Source of the DNA: Vermamoeba vermiformis
Taxonomy: Eukaryota
Length of the DNA stretch: 64,000 nucleotides
NCBI GenBank assembly: GCA_045837725.1
Contig: JBEWZL010000209.1
Coordinates: forward strand, 62,001 to 126,000
Direction of reading: 5' to 3'
A program made the position numbers and the translations under genes. This document shows positions 36,950 through 50,360 of this stretch, piece after piece (within the stretch, counting starts at the first letter, position 1; each line of letters opens with the position of its first letter). The notes below the pieces were generated by a model that was not told the DNA's origin, made no database searches, and saw only the letters and a program-made list of their open reading frames with translations.

Positions 36950-39900
36950 ATGGCGACTCGAAGAAGAAGAAACGTAATTTCTTCGGACGAAGAAGACATG
37001 CATGAAATTATGGAGGACGTTCCAGTCGCCCCACCTGTTGTTGCCACAAGTACAAACAGACCATCGCGTCGCAATTCTGCTCGTAGACCAAAGAAGGAGG
37101 AGGACAGCTTTGATGATTCGGAGGTACGGAAAATTCAATTTTTTTGGTAAATTTCATGCTGATTTATTGACACTTAGGATGACGGCGACTCTGCCGAAGA
37201 AGAATCTTTCGATGAAGATGACGACGATCTTCCAAAGAAAAAGGCTCCGGCAAGAACTCGAGCACCTCGTGGCGGAGCTGCCAAACAGGACATGAAACAA
37301 ACCAAATTGTCCAACTTTCCCATGAAGCAAGTCGATCCTCACGAAGAAGATAAGAAGGCCCCAGCCAAGGCTAAAGCACCACCAAAGCGAGCTCCTCCAA
37401 AACCAAAGGCCAAAGCAGAATCCAAACGAGGAACCAAGCGAAAACGTGTTGACTCGGAAGATGAAGGGGATATCGAAGACTCTGAGGGCTCAGAGGAAGA
37501 CGCAGCTTCATATGGCGATGACGAAGATAGCGAGGGAGATGAGGACGACTACTCCAATAAAAAGGGAGGTGCTAACACTGGTGGTCGTGCTCGTAAAGTT
37601 CCTTCACGTTTCACTCCAGAAGATATTGAGCCAAAGAAAACAACGCGAACTAGCTCGAGATCCAAGAAACCCGAGGACTTTGCCTTCCCCGTCGTCACTC
37701 TCCGTCAAAAGAAGAAAATTGACTACAACATGGACGACTCCAGTGACTCGGCTGACTATGCTGAGAGCGAGGGCGAAGAAGACGAAGACAAGAAGTCAAC
37801 CACTTCGAGCAAAAAGGGCAGCAAAAAAGAAGATGACACTCCTCCTCAAGATGGCGCTAAGCACGTCGAAAAGATTTTGGCGATGCGCGCAAAGAATGAA
37901 GAGGCAGAAAAACAACCGAGCGTCACTACACAATCATCGCAAGAGCTGCCACATTTGAAGCCCGGCAATCCTGATGATCCTCGAAGCAACGAATACTTGG
38001 TCAAATACAAAGACTTGGCGTACATTCACTGCGACTGGGTCTCAGCTGATTTCATCGAAGCCCAGAAGATGGGCAAACAAAAGCTCCAGCGATTTATGAA
38101 CAAGATTGCAAACACAGTGGATCCCGAAGAACCTTTCCCTGCAGATTGGGTAGTCGTAAGTAGACCTTACCATTGTTTAATATGATCACGTGACCGTTAA
38201 TAACGATGTAAATTGTAGGTCGAGCGTGTTGTTGCTAAAGAAACAAGAAAAGATGGCATTTGGTACCTTGTCAAGTGGGAAGGTCTGCCGTATTCTGAAG
38301 CTACCTGGGAACGCGAGAAAGATGTCAACGTAAGTCTTTCAGTGCATTCTTGTATTCTTGCATATTCTAATGACTGTATAATCAGGACGACTCGAAGATC
38401 AAGCAGTACGAAGAATTCAACGTGCCACCTCAAGAGTACAAGGAGCCTCCACGCCCTCCTGCCAACGACTGGTACGAGTACAAAGAATGTCCGCAATTCA
38501 AGCACGACAATCAATTGCGCGCGTATCAATTGGAAGGTCTCAACTGGCTGCGATATTGCTGGTACAACCGCACGAACAGCATTCTCGCTGACGAAATGGG
38601 TCTCGGCAAAACAGTGCAAAGTGTTTCTATTATTAACAGCATCTTCACCGAACACAAGAACCGTGGTCCTTTCTTGGTTATTGCTCCGCTGAGTACCATC
38701 CCTCATTGGGAGCGAGAGTTCGAGAACTGGACTTTCATGAACGTCATTGTCTATCATGGCAATTCTGACGCTCGTGCTTTGATGCGCAAGCACGAATTCC
38801 ACTACACTGACGAGAACAACAAAGTTGTGCAGAAGAATCTCTTCAAATTCAACACCTTGATTACTACATTCGAAATGATCATCACCGATTCGAGCATTTT
38901 GAGTCAAATCAAGTGGAAGTACGTCGTTATTGACGAGGCTCATCGTTTGAAGAATCGTAACTCGCGAATCTTGACCGAGTTCAAGCACTTCAAGTTCGAT
39001 CACCTGCTTCTGTTGACTGGTACTCCCATTCAAAACAACACCGAAGAATTGTGGACGCTGTTGAACGTTTTGGACGAAAAGAACTTCCCGTAAGTTTCGC
39101 TCATCCTAGTCTCAGTTTTAGCGCTCTTACTGATTTTGATTAAGGTCCTTGAACAATTTCTTGCTAGAATTTGGTGAACTCAAAGAAGCGTCTCAAGTCA
39201 AATCTTTGCATTCTCTTTTGAAGCCTTACTTGCTTCGTCGTATGAAAGAAGACGTCGAGAAGTCACTGGCACCCAAAGAAGAGACCATCATCGAAGTAGA
39301 GCTGACTAGAATTCAAAAGAAGTACTACAAAGCTATTTTGGAAAGAAACTTTGAGCACTTACGTGGTGGAGGCACTTCAAAGAACTTGCCGAGCTTGTTG
39401 AACATTATGATGGAGTTGCGAAAGTGCTGCAACCATCCTTTCTTGGTGAAGGGTGTCGAAGAGGCTGAAATGGCCGGCCGCACTGGTCACGAAGAGACAA
39501 ACAAAGTCTTGATCGACAGCTCCGGCAAGCTTGTGCTCATCGACAAATTGTTGCCCAAACTTCAAGCTGAAGGCCACAAAGTGCTCATTTTCTCACAAAT
39601 GATTCGAGTGCTTGACATCCTCGAAGACTACATGAACTACCGAGGCTATAAGCATGAGCGAATTGACGGCAGAGTTCGCGGTAACGATCGCCAAGCTGCT
39701 ATCGACAGATTCAGCAAGCCCGACTCAGACATTTTTGCCTTCTTGCTCTGTACTCGTGCTGGTGGTCTCGGTATCAACTTGGTTGCCGCGGATACTGTCA
39801 TTATTTACGACAGTGATTGGAACCCTCAAAACGATCTTCAAGCCCAAGCTCGTGCCCATCGCATTGGTCAACAAAAAACAGTCAAGATTTACCGATTGAT

Positions 39901-42900
39901 CACAAGAAACACCTACGAGCGACAAATGTTCGAGCGTGCTTCACTCAAGTTGGGCTTAGACCAAGCCGTCTTGAATCAAATGGAAGATAGCGATGGTCCT
40001 GCCGTTGGAGGCAAGGGCAAAGCTGCGTTGACCAGCAAAGAAGTGGATTCTTTGCTTAAATACGGTGCTTACGACATCTTCCGTGATGAAGACGATGCTG
40101 CACAAAAGTTCTGCGAAGACGACATTGATTCAATTTTGCAACGAAGAACAACGACTATTATTCAAGAGAGCAAAGAAGGCTCGTCATTTGCCAAGGCTAG
40201 CTTTGCTTCTGAATCTGCTGTGCCCGACATCGATATTGACGATCCAGAGTTCTGGAAGAAGATTATGCCCGATGTTGCAGACAAGCCTGCTTTTGACTTG
40301 ATGGCCGAGCCTAGACAGAGAAAGCAAGTGCAACGTCTTGAAGTCGCCATGTCGGACGAGTCAGATTCTGACGACGATGATGATCGCGACACAGCTGTTA
40401 TGCCAACTGGTGGTGGTACTGATGAAGACTCCGATCAGTTGTACGCTGACGACGAGAACGCCGATGACCTCAACCCTGAAGATCACGAGTTGCCTCACCA
40501 CCTCACTCAAAAGAAGAAGGGCAAGAAAGGAGAGTGGAGCGCTGTGCACAGAAACCGCTTCCAAAAATCGATGCTCAACTTCGGCTTTGGTCGTTGGAAG
40601 AGAATCAGAGAAGCAGCGAGACTTGGCAATCGTCCTCTCCGTGAGATTGCTCTCTATGGTCTGGCATACCTGTGCAAGATCGCCAAAGTGTTGAAGGAGG
40701 ATGAGAAAGCGTTGTTCACTCGCGTCTACAGCAATGATCCAGTTGAAAATGTCGAGGATAACACTGACAAGGCTGGAGAGGAAGCTGCAGTCCCAGCTCT
40801 CGAGCAACTGATCAAGGGCGATGAATCGAAAGCCAACGCTGAAGTCAAGACAGAGACAACTCCTGCAACCACAGAGGAACAAAAGCCCGCTGTTCAAGGT
40901 CCCAATGAAGGCGCTGTAATTCTCGAGCAATCCGCCGCCCCTGTGAAGGTGGAACCTGCTCTTGCACCAATGCAAGTTGAGAAGCCCGTAGAAACAAGTG
41001 CGGAAGTCAAGACTGAGACAACTCCCGCAGCTACAGAGGAACAAAAGCCGGCTGAGGCTGCTGCTGCCCAACCTGAGCAAGCTGCTGAAGCCCCTAAAGA
41101 AGAGGCTAAAACAGAGGACAAAGCAGAGGTCAAGGACGAAAAGGCTCCTCAACCAGAGCAAACATCTGAGCCCATGCAAGTCGACCAGGCCACGACAGAA
41201 GGCGCAGCGACTGAAGCTAAGCCCGCTGAAGCCAGTGCTGCTACGACTGAGTCGAAGCCTCAGGATGAAAAGAGTGAGGCTGCTGAGGAAGCCAAGAGCG
41301 AGGCCGATAAGAATCTCGAACCGCATCGCGTTTACGAAAATGATCCTTCGTTGAACGATCCGAAGTGGTTGGAAAGCTTAGAAAAGACAGGCCCGTCAAT
41401 TGTCCGCCGTTTGGAACTTTTGGCCGAAATTGGTTACCTCGTGCGCACCAACTTCAGCGAGTTCGAGGGCACTTGGGTTGACTACGAGTTCCCTGACTAT
41501 CCTAACTGGGGCGAGCAAGAAGATCGCGATTTGTTGAAGGGCACTTACAAGCACGGATTTGGCAAGTACGAGAAGATTCGTACCGACCCTGATTTGTGCT
41601 TCCTTGGCAAGCCCAAATCTTTCTACGAGCAAGAGCCTGTCGATGAAAAGAAGAAAAAGAAACGCGAAAAAGCCGAAAGAGAGCGTGCTGAGAGGGCTAA
41701 GGCCGAAGCCGAAAAGGCTGCCGCTGAGAAGGGCGAGGCCATGCAAGTGGATCAGTCCGCTGCCGAAGGTGCCGCACCAAGCGAACCCAACGCTGAAGAG
41801 AAGCCCGCTGAAGTAGCCAAGACTGAACCTAAAGTCGAAGAACCAAAGGCCGAAGACAAACCAGCTGAAGCCAAAACTGATGACAGTGAATGGCTCGCTG
41901 CTGGTCCACTCTCACTGCGTGTCAAATGGCTGCTGAAAGGTTTCAATTCCCTCCGCAAACGAATGGAGAAGCAAAAGCGTCGCCATGAGTCTCAAGCAGC
42001 GAAGGACAAGAAACAGAAGATGAAGCAAGAGCGCAAAGACAAGCTCGAAACTGAGTGGTCGAAGCGTGAAAAGCAAGACTTCTATCGCGCACTCATCACT
42101 TACGGTGTGCCTATTGATCCTGAAACTAAGGAGAACAACTTCGACTTCTTGAAACATAAGGCGAAGCTTGGTTTCAAGAACAGCCAGACTATCAGCACTT
42201 ACTACGTCAACTTGCTGAAGATGTGCCGTCAGCTCAAGCAATCCAAGTCTGCAGATCCCACCAAGCACAAGCACAAGAAGCAGAAGACTGGTGAAGAGGC
42301 CGAAAAGGTTGAGAAGCCCGAGGACTACGGCCTGTCTGAGATCCAAGCCATGCGTGCCTTGGAACGTGTTATTATGTTCATCAACTTGCGAAAGAAAGTG
42401 CTTACGATGAGCTCTGAAGAGTTGAATAACCGCTTCAAATACGCGCGACCTCGAGAGGCCAAGTTGCCCTCATGGTGGGTGACACCTGAACACGACATTG
42501 CTCTCTTGAAGGGTGTCGACAAGCACGGCTACAGCAAGTGGGAAGATGTGTGCAATGACAAGGACTTACCATTCTTTGAAATCTTGTCTCCAATGAAGCC
42601 TCTTGAAAAGAAAGAAAAGAAAAAGAAGCCGAAGCCCGGCGCACCTGCAGCTGATGCCAACGCCAATAACACCAACGTAGCTCCTACGACTGGTTCAGAT
42701 GCAGCCGCTGCTGCTCCCGCTGAGGCTAAACCAGCAGCTCTTGATCTCCCTGTTGCTGAAAAAGATCACGAAGCCTCGACTGAAGAAAAGAAGGAGGAAG
42801 ATAAGGATGACAAAGAAGATAAGGACGACAATGAAGGCGAGGGTGAAGATCAGAAGTTCAAGACTGGTCTCGCTCAGCACATGCCACGCGAAAAGATCTT

Positions 42901-44209
42901 GTGGAAGCGCATTCAACAGTTGATCAAGTTGGCCACTGACACTCAACTGCAGTTCAAGCCTGCTCCTCCTAACGCAGAACCCAACAAGGCCACTAAGCAA
43001 GCCATGCTCTCATTCGGCAATGGATCTATCCTCGTAGCTTCGAATGACGACAACAAGGACATGGATGACTTCCAAGCTCCCAAGAAGAAGTCGGCAAAGA
43101 AGAGAAAGCGTGAAGATGGCGCGGAAGAAGGAGGAAACGATGACGACAAGCCTGCCAAGAAGCGTCGTACTGGCGCTAACGGCCGTGGTCGCAATGTTGA
43201 CATTCACCGCGACTCAAGCGACAACATCGTCTTCCCCATCAAGATCGGTGTTGCAACATTGATTGAAGCTCTCGGCACCATCAACACCAAGCCCAACTTC
43301 CATTCGGAGAAGTACATTTGGCCCGTTGGTTTCAAGAGCACACGTGAATTCACGAGCACGAAGAACATCGACGAGCGCTGCATGTACACGTGTGAAATTG
43401 TTGATGGCGGTGACAAACCAATCTTCAAAGTCACTCCCGCTGACGATCCTGAGACCCCCAGTGAAGCTAGCTCTGCCTCACAAGCCTGGAAGCAAATTTT
43501 GATGCGCATTAACGAGCGCAAGCCCGAGCAAGCGAAGAGAACCTCAGTCTCTGGTCCTGAATACTTTGGCTTCGGCTTCCCTGCCATCGCTGACCTGATC
43601 GCCAAGCTGCCCAATGCAGACAAGTGCACTAAGTACAAGGGTCCTGATGCAGTTGAACGTCCTGGCAAGAAAGAGGACGAAGAAGGCGATGACGCTCCTC
43701 AACCAAAGAAGAAGAAAGAGGAGTCTGGCGAGCAGAAAGAAAAGAAGAAAAAGAAGTCTAAGATCTCTTTCCCTGCCCTCGCTGTCGAGCCTGCCAAACA
43801 AAAGACCGCCGAAGGCACTGCTCGATTTAACTTGCCCGTGCAAGCTCCAATGCCATCGCTTGGAGGACTGCCAACTATCGCCTCGCTGCCCATGCACCGC
43901 CCTGAAGTGACACCTGTCAACATTCAACCTGCGCCAGTGAGCATTCAACCCGCCCCTGTCAATATTCAACCTGCCCCAATCAACTTGCAGCCCGTGCCCA
44001 CTGGCGCTGTGTCGTTGTTGAGCGATGAGACCTTCGTGCCCAGTGTTCCTAGCGTGCACCCAATGCCCATGATGCAAGGCCAATGGTACCCTGCCCCTAT
44101 GTCTTATGCTGGGTACCCTCCGTTGATGCCTGTGCATCAGTTCCCTGTGATCGCCAACCCGCAGTTGAACAACAACAATAACAACAATCAACAGCCGCAG
44201 CAGAAGTAA
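36950..44209 (+). CDS. CHD: CHD-family chromatin remodeller (tandem chromodomains, SNF2 ATPase, SANT/SLIDE-like, C-terminal FYR), 5 coding exons
   Basis: [15 protein letters not shown] and [46 protein letters not shown]-like [27 protein letters not shown]. Confidence 0.95.
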
Positions 44210-44380
44210 ATATCGTGGCAAACGCCTATGTAAAAAGTCGTTGTAATTTTTTGTACAATTCGTCATTAAACTGTTTTAATCGAGCTCGATTAAATGATGT
44301 CACGTGCTGATCTCGAGTCCGTGCCAAAATTGTCTTATTATTTTGAACAAGCAACACAACCAATTTCACACAACGATACT

Positions 44381-45243
44381 ATGCTTCGTAATATTATAAG
44401 CGAGTGCTGGCGAGGACGAACACTATTCGGCCAAGCTTTTAAAGGTAATTATTTCAATGCCTTGCGAACATAGAAATATTCTATTACCAGATTTACCTTA
44501 ATAACCACACGGCTAATACGGGACAATGCTTCGCATAATATTTGCTTTTTTTTTTAATTTTTAAATGAAATTCAATTTGCAATTTTATTAGGACAGAAGC
44601 GTCATTACGGCTTCAATCACGGTGAAAATAATCAAATGGTCGCCACTACAATTTTGTGCGTACGAAAAGACAACAAAGTGGTGATGATAGGCGATGGACA
44701 GGTCACTTTTGGCAACACTCGTTTGAAGGGAAACGCGCGCAAAGTACGTCGCGTGTACAACGACACGATATTAGGTATGAATGCTAGTGTATAATATACA
44801 ATTAACGTAATAACATGTTCGTGACAGTGGGCATGGCAGGCGCTACAGCAGATTGCTTCACCTTGATAGAACTGTTCGAGAAAGAGCTCGAGAATGCCAA
44901 TGGCCAGCTGTTGCGTGCCTCAGTGTCACTCGCCAAGCAGTGGCGCACGGACAAGATGTTGCGCAAGTTGGAGGCGTGGTTGATTGTAGCAGATGACGAG
45001 CTGAGTCTGGCCCTCACTGGCAGCGGTGATGTCGTTGAGCCTGAGGGCAATGTCATCGCTGTTGGCTCTGGCGGCAACTTCGCGCTGTCAGCAGCTCGTG
45101 CCCTGATTGATGTACCGGGCTATGACGCTGAGGGCGTGGCGAAGAAAGCGATGAACATTGCTGCTGAGCTGTGCATTTACACCAACAGGAACTTTGTGAT
45201 TGAGACGATAGATCTGGCCAAGAAAGAACTCGCTAAAGAATAA
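44381..45243 (+). CDS. hslV: Mitochondrial HslV (ClpQ) protease subunit, 3 exons
   Basis: Basic presequence followed by [23 protein letters not shown] and [14 protein letters not shown]. Confidence 0.93.
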
Positions 45244-45368
45244 TCTCATTGTATAATATAGTGATATGTATCTGAACCAATGTGTTTATGGTGATTGATG
45301 CAGATCTGTACAGACAAAACGAAATTAAAAACTACACGTACAAGCAGACCAATTGGCTATCATCAGCA

Positions 45369-46668
45369 CTACTTCTTCTTCTTGCCACTGCTGTTGTTGG
45401 TCTTTGCAAACAGTTTCGGATCGATCTGATGGCGAGACTTGCCGCGCACAGAGAACAGTCTCGCGGCCCTGTCTTTCAAAGTACCGCCGCACAACAATCC
45501 ACGTCGTTGCAGCTCGACTTTGAGCACCTCCAGGCCCACAGACTCCAACTGCTCGGCACTCTCGTACGTGTTCAAGTCCAATTCTTCGTGGTCTTGCTTG
45601 CCTTGAGCGCTGTCACTCGTGGTTTGTGCCTCGGATGCAGCTGTCTCGATCTGCTGTTGTGAGTTGTTGTTGTTATTGTTGTTCGAGTGAATAGGCACAA
45701 ATTGATTATCAGATATCTTTTGGCGCTTATTCGCTCGTTCATCGCTGTTTGTGTCGTTGTTCGATCCCTCATCTTGACCTGATGCAGTCTCTTTCTCCTC
45801 GCTAGGCGGGCTGTTCTCTTGATTGCTCTCGCTCTCTTCATCGCTGCTCAAGTCCATGTCGCCCCACATCTTTTTCATCGCTTCTTTCTCCTCTTGTTTT
45901 TTCTTTTCCATCTCAGCTGCCTTGCGTTTTTTTGCGTTTTGAAGACCAGTCTCGATGGCTTTAGTAACATCTTCTAATATCTCTTTCTTTTGCTGGTTGT
46001 ATTTCACTTCTTGAGCGATTTTTAATTCTCTTTCCTGGATTTAGTTACAAAAATGTTAGCAATCTTAACCGCTATCAATAATGATAAAAATCGCTTATTT
46101 GTAATTTTAATTGATTATTCGACGATAATTTGGCTTATTAAGCGTTGAATAAGCACAATAAAGTAATTTTCTCAATTATTGATTATTTCATAATTGGCCT
46201 TGTAACGACAATTACCTTTTCTCTTTGTTCTTCTTTTTCATCTACTACTTCCTCTTCTTCATCATTTTCATCTTTCTTCTCAGTCTGTGCTGCAGCTTCA
46301 TTTAATCTTCTTTCGGCGTCCACGATCCGTATTCTACGGCCATTCAAATCACGACAAGAGTTAAAATTTGTTGTTTTTTTATGATTTAATCCTTGTCCGC
46401 CTCTGAGCAATGAACCGAAGCCTCCTTTGCCTCCATCCAGACCAAGATGCAGTTCCAAGCAGATTGGAGCATTCTGCGCTCGTGAAACAATGGTGCTGAG
46501 TTGTGCATCATTATATATATATCCTGACGTTGTTTTTAATGAAAACTGTTCATAAGGCACGCCAGCCACACGGGCAACGTGATCCTTTAAAAATCCAAAG
46601 GACAGATCAACCTTGCTCGTGCTGAACAAGGACGATCGGCCCAAGGATGATAACACGAACTGTAGCAT
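45369..46668 (-). CDS. SDE2: SDE2 (ubiquitin-fold protein involved in splicing and replication stress)
   Basis: UBL followed by GGKGGFGSLLRG, TTNFNSCRDLNGRRIR and C-terminal LKVELQRRGLLCGGTLKDRAARLF. Confidence 0.92.
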
Positions 46669-46923
46669 GGTGTTGTTAAGTCGTGTCAAACAATAAATAA
46701 CAGTTTGCCCCAGAAATTTTTTTTACTTCTCGGCGCACGTGGTCATTCTCGGCTGGATCCTATCTAGCACAGCGGTTGATGCTAGTGGGGCTGTTAGTAG
46801 ACTATTGTCGAAGTATAGCCATATTCTTGTACTAATGAGAAATGATTGTGCCATTGTCTCGATCCTTCTCGGATGTACCGTTCAATTTTGAGGATTGGGC
46901 AATATTCTCAACCAACATCTAGC

Positions 46924-49489
46924 CTACGTCTTCTTTTGCTTCTTGTTGCGCTTATGATTGAGAATGGTGTTGTAATTGCTGGTGCCATCACGAATCATCG
47001 CAATGTGTCGGTGAGCCTCGCTGCTGCTGTCCTCACTCGCACTCACTTCAATGCTCGCTGAGTGTGGCGGGGACGGGTCTGAGCGCCGCAAGTTGTCAAG
47101 GGACATGCGCTGGTGCAGCAACATCGGGTCAATAATTGGATCGTCTTCCGGGTCTATCAAGTTGTTATTAGGCCCTGGTCGCGGTGTCTCGTCACTTTCG
47201 TCGCTGCTGTCAGGCACTTCAACCACCACTGGCGCGGGCTGATTGTTGTTGTTGCTGTGCACATTGCGATTGCTGGTGGACCGGACATGGCGATCAATCA
47301 CGTAGTTGCGTGTCGGTTCAAACACCGCCATGGCCTCACCCTGCGGCCCCTCGTCATCACTCACTGCGCTGTCACTGCTACTCGGAGTGTCGCTGCTCGA
47401 TTCAACACTGCGTTCAATGCTCTGACTAGGACGACTCGTGTCACGTGATGCTCTGTCACGGCGAGTGTTGCGCGTGTGATTGGTCGAAGGTTCCAGCACG
47501 ACCTCACTCTCATCATCGAATACAACGACATCGGGACGGTTCCGATTGATAGGTGTCGCGAGGGGGTTCATGGCTGCAACACCTGCTTGGTGGATGTCCA
47601 ATAGCATAGTACGCTCAGCAGCTGCACTAATGCGCAGTGAGTCTAAGGCACGCAAGATAATGAACAGAATGCAGGCCCAGAATGTAGTCCAGCCTAGAAT
47701 AACTGCAAAGGCTAGTAGCTGCATGGCCAATTGATTTCCTGTGCCCTCTGTAAACAGTCCTCCTGTGACACGTGTCAATACAAGATTGACTATCGAATGC
47801 TCAACATTACCTCCTCCGACAGCAGGACGCAAATACACAGCCTCGATCTTGTCCGAGACTGCAAATAAACCAGTGGCAATTAGGCCCCACGAGCCACCGA
47901 AGAAATGCACGACTGGATGTAACGATTAATATTCATATTAACAAGTTGAATGTAATGGCTGCGTATTACCTGAGGCCTCAAGTGGATCGTCAATCTTCAG
48001 TCTGATCAGCAGTTTGGCTCCCCAGAAGTGAATCACTGAGCCGACAATGCCAATCGCTATCGCTGCCCAGGGCTGCACAAATGCACAGCCAGCAGTGATG
48101 GACACGAGACCAGTCAGAATGCCGTTCAGTGTGACGGGCAAGTTGTACTCTTTCATGATCAATCGTGCTTGAAACAGCGACGTGCAGCCTGCAATAGCTG
48201 CCGAGAGTGAGGTGTTCAACACGCTGATAGGAGGTTAGTGCTGTACTCTGTTTGACACGTGTCAAATGAAGTGTCTTACACTTTCGAAGCAATCGACGAG
48301 CCACCTTGATCGAGTCTCAAAATAGAGCCGCCGTTGAAGCCGTACCACGAGAACCACAAAATAAATGTGCCGAGCGTCATGAAGGCACTGTTGTTCGGCG
48401 CGAATTCGTTCTTGCGCTTGGGTTCAAATCGCTCCATGCGAGCTCCGACCACTATGGCACCGACCAGGGCAATTATTCCGCCAACCTATTTATAGACCTG
48501 TTAGCCGATGTTTCAGTGAATTTCATTTAGTCACGTGCCATATGTACGACGCCGCAGCCTGCAAAGTCGAGCACTCCATTCGCGTAGAACAAGTCGCTGA
48601 CGGGTTTGTTGGCTGTCAACCATCCTGTGACACGTGTCAATGAGTGGCCCGTATGAAATCATATCTAGCTTGTGCAACGTACCATCAGTGGCCCAGATCC
48701 AATGTGCCACCACAGGGTAGATCCACGCACTGCTGATGAAAGTGCAGACTAAATAGGCGCGCAGTCGAGTGCGCTCTAACAAGCTGCCACTGACTAATAG
48801 AGGGTCAGTGTATATGCTATGACTATTGAACACTACAAATAACGTGCCTATAGTGGCTGAAGTAAGCGAGAAAGTCCACTGAAAGAACCACGTGGTGTAA
48901 CTGACTGTCGTAGAGTCTTCAATGCCGTACAGTGCGAAGTAAGTGGTGCCTATGAATGGATTGCCTAGCATCGTGTGAGCGAACAATCATTTGCTAACTG
49001 TTTAAAGGCGGAAAATTACCCGTTCCGAAAGCAAATCCGAATCCAACCAACCTAATCATTGAAATTAGCATTCTTATATCATAATCATTTAATATGCACT
49101 ATACGTACCAAAATGCGACCGCTCCGATGCATATTGTGACAGCTTTCTGGATTTTAAAATAAATTAATATTGAAATCGGTCCAATATTAATCATCTCGAT
49201 AATATTTACGGAGTATTATCGCAGAGGCGCTTTAGTAAGTAATAATACTTACCTTTAGTAGTACTACTGTTGAATTCAATAATCGGACCCCTCCGACTTC
49301 AACTAAAGTAAAGCCAGCTTGCATAAAGAAGATGAAGCAGCCTGTTATTAATATCCACGCTATATTTAAATTTTCTGCATCCAAATCATTCTCGTAGCGG
49401 AGTTCTGAAACGGAGCGATTGAGATAGCCAATAACTGCTTTAAGCTCGTCGATTTGAGCACTGAGCTCGCTGATTGTTGGTGCGCTCAT
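46924..49489 (-). CDS. amt: Ammonium transporter (Amt/Mep) with a long disordered C-tail, multi-exon
   Basis: FFMQAGFTLVEVG, FFQWTF, YPVVAHWIW, DFAGCGVVH, NGILTGLVSITAG, IDDPL and HFFGGSWG. Confidence 0.93.
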
Positions 49490-49602
49490 TTGTTAGTGTT
49501 TACATCGTCTATTTACTCGTTAGATTAAAATACTGCACTCCGAAACCCGGATTAATCAACCGAATTTTCGCAAACATTTACAACAAGTCCAATAGCAACC
49601 AA

Positions 49603-50195
49603 ATGTGGCACAGACTCATATCAAATTGTCGTGCAGTCGTTCGGAACACCTCCGCAAGCTCGAGACATATGGGTGGCGAGTTTTTATTAAACAGATCCCG
49701 CAGGACGCAATCATCAACTCGAAATATTATTACGTCAGACAATTATAATATTATGTAAGTCACTTGTATCAAATTCTACGTTAAAGAATTTTTGTAATTT
49801 TTTTGAATTTTCTTTCAGGTCAAATTCAATTTCGCGAGCGTTTTGTACCGGTAACAAGACGAATAAACGTAAGTTATTAGCACAGCGATTAATGTAATTA
49901 ATTATGAGCATTAGTCCCGACACTCAATGAGATTCAGTCCTACAACACAGATCAGCTCTGTCAGTGGCTAGCTCGCTATTCAGAAGAGACTAACAGCGAC
50001 ACCAACAGTGCTGCTAACACCTCTCACACGCGCATATTCAACGATCAAACAATCACCGCGCTGCGCGGACAGCTGATCGATGGCCCGTCGCTGTTCAACT
50101 ACCCCAGTGCGCGCTCCATTCAGTGCAGTGGTGTGCAGCACAAACAGGCGCAACGACTGTTCGAACTGATTCAACTGATCAAACGTGGCAATTAG
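49603..50195 (+). CDS. Small protein with a mitochondrial-like presequence and a SAM-like domain (not in the ORF track), 3 exons
   Basis: Exons 49603-49754, 49819-49868 and 49915-50195 splice in frame to MWHRLISNCRAVVRN..IQSYNTDQLCQWLA..ALRGQLIDGPSLF..AQRLFELIQLIKRGN*. Confidence 0.65.
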
Positions 50196-50360
50196 GGGGC
50201 TGTAACACAGTGCTTTGATTTGTAATATAGAATGTTTAAATACACAATGCATACACAGCGAATGTTTTGTACAACAGTGGACGATGCCGACTAGAGTGAG
50301 CTACATATGGTGCTCTTATATATAGTGCCCGTATATATAGTCCCCAGACCAGTGCCAGTC

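Noticed and set aside
46720-46920. snRNA-like region (hairpins plus an AATTTTG Sm-like site)
   Set aside because: No diagnostic U1/U2/U4/U5 motifs. It is explicable as the Amt 3' UTR and SDE2 promoter.
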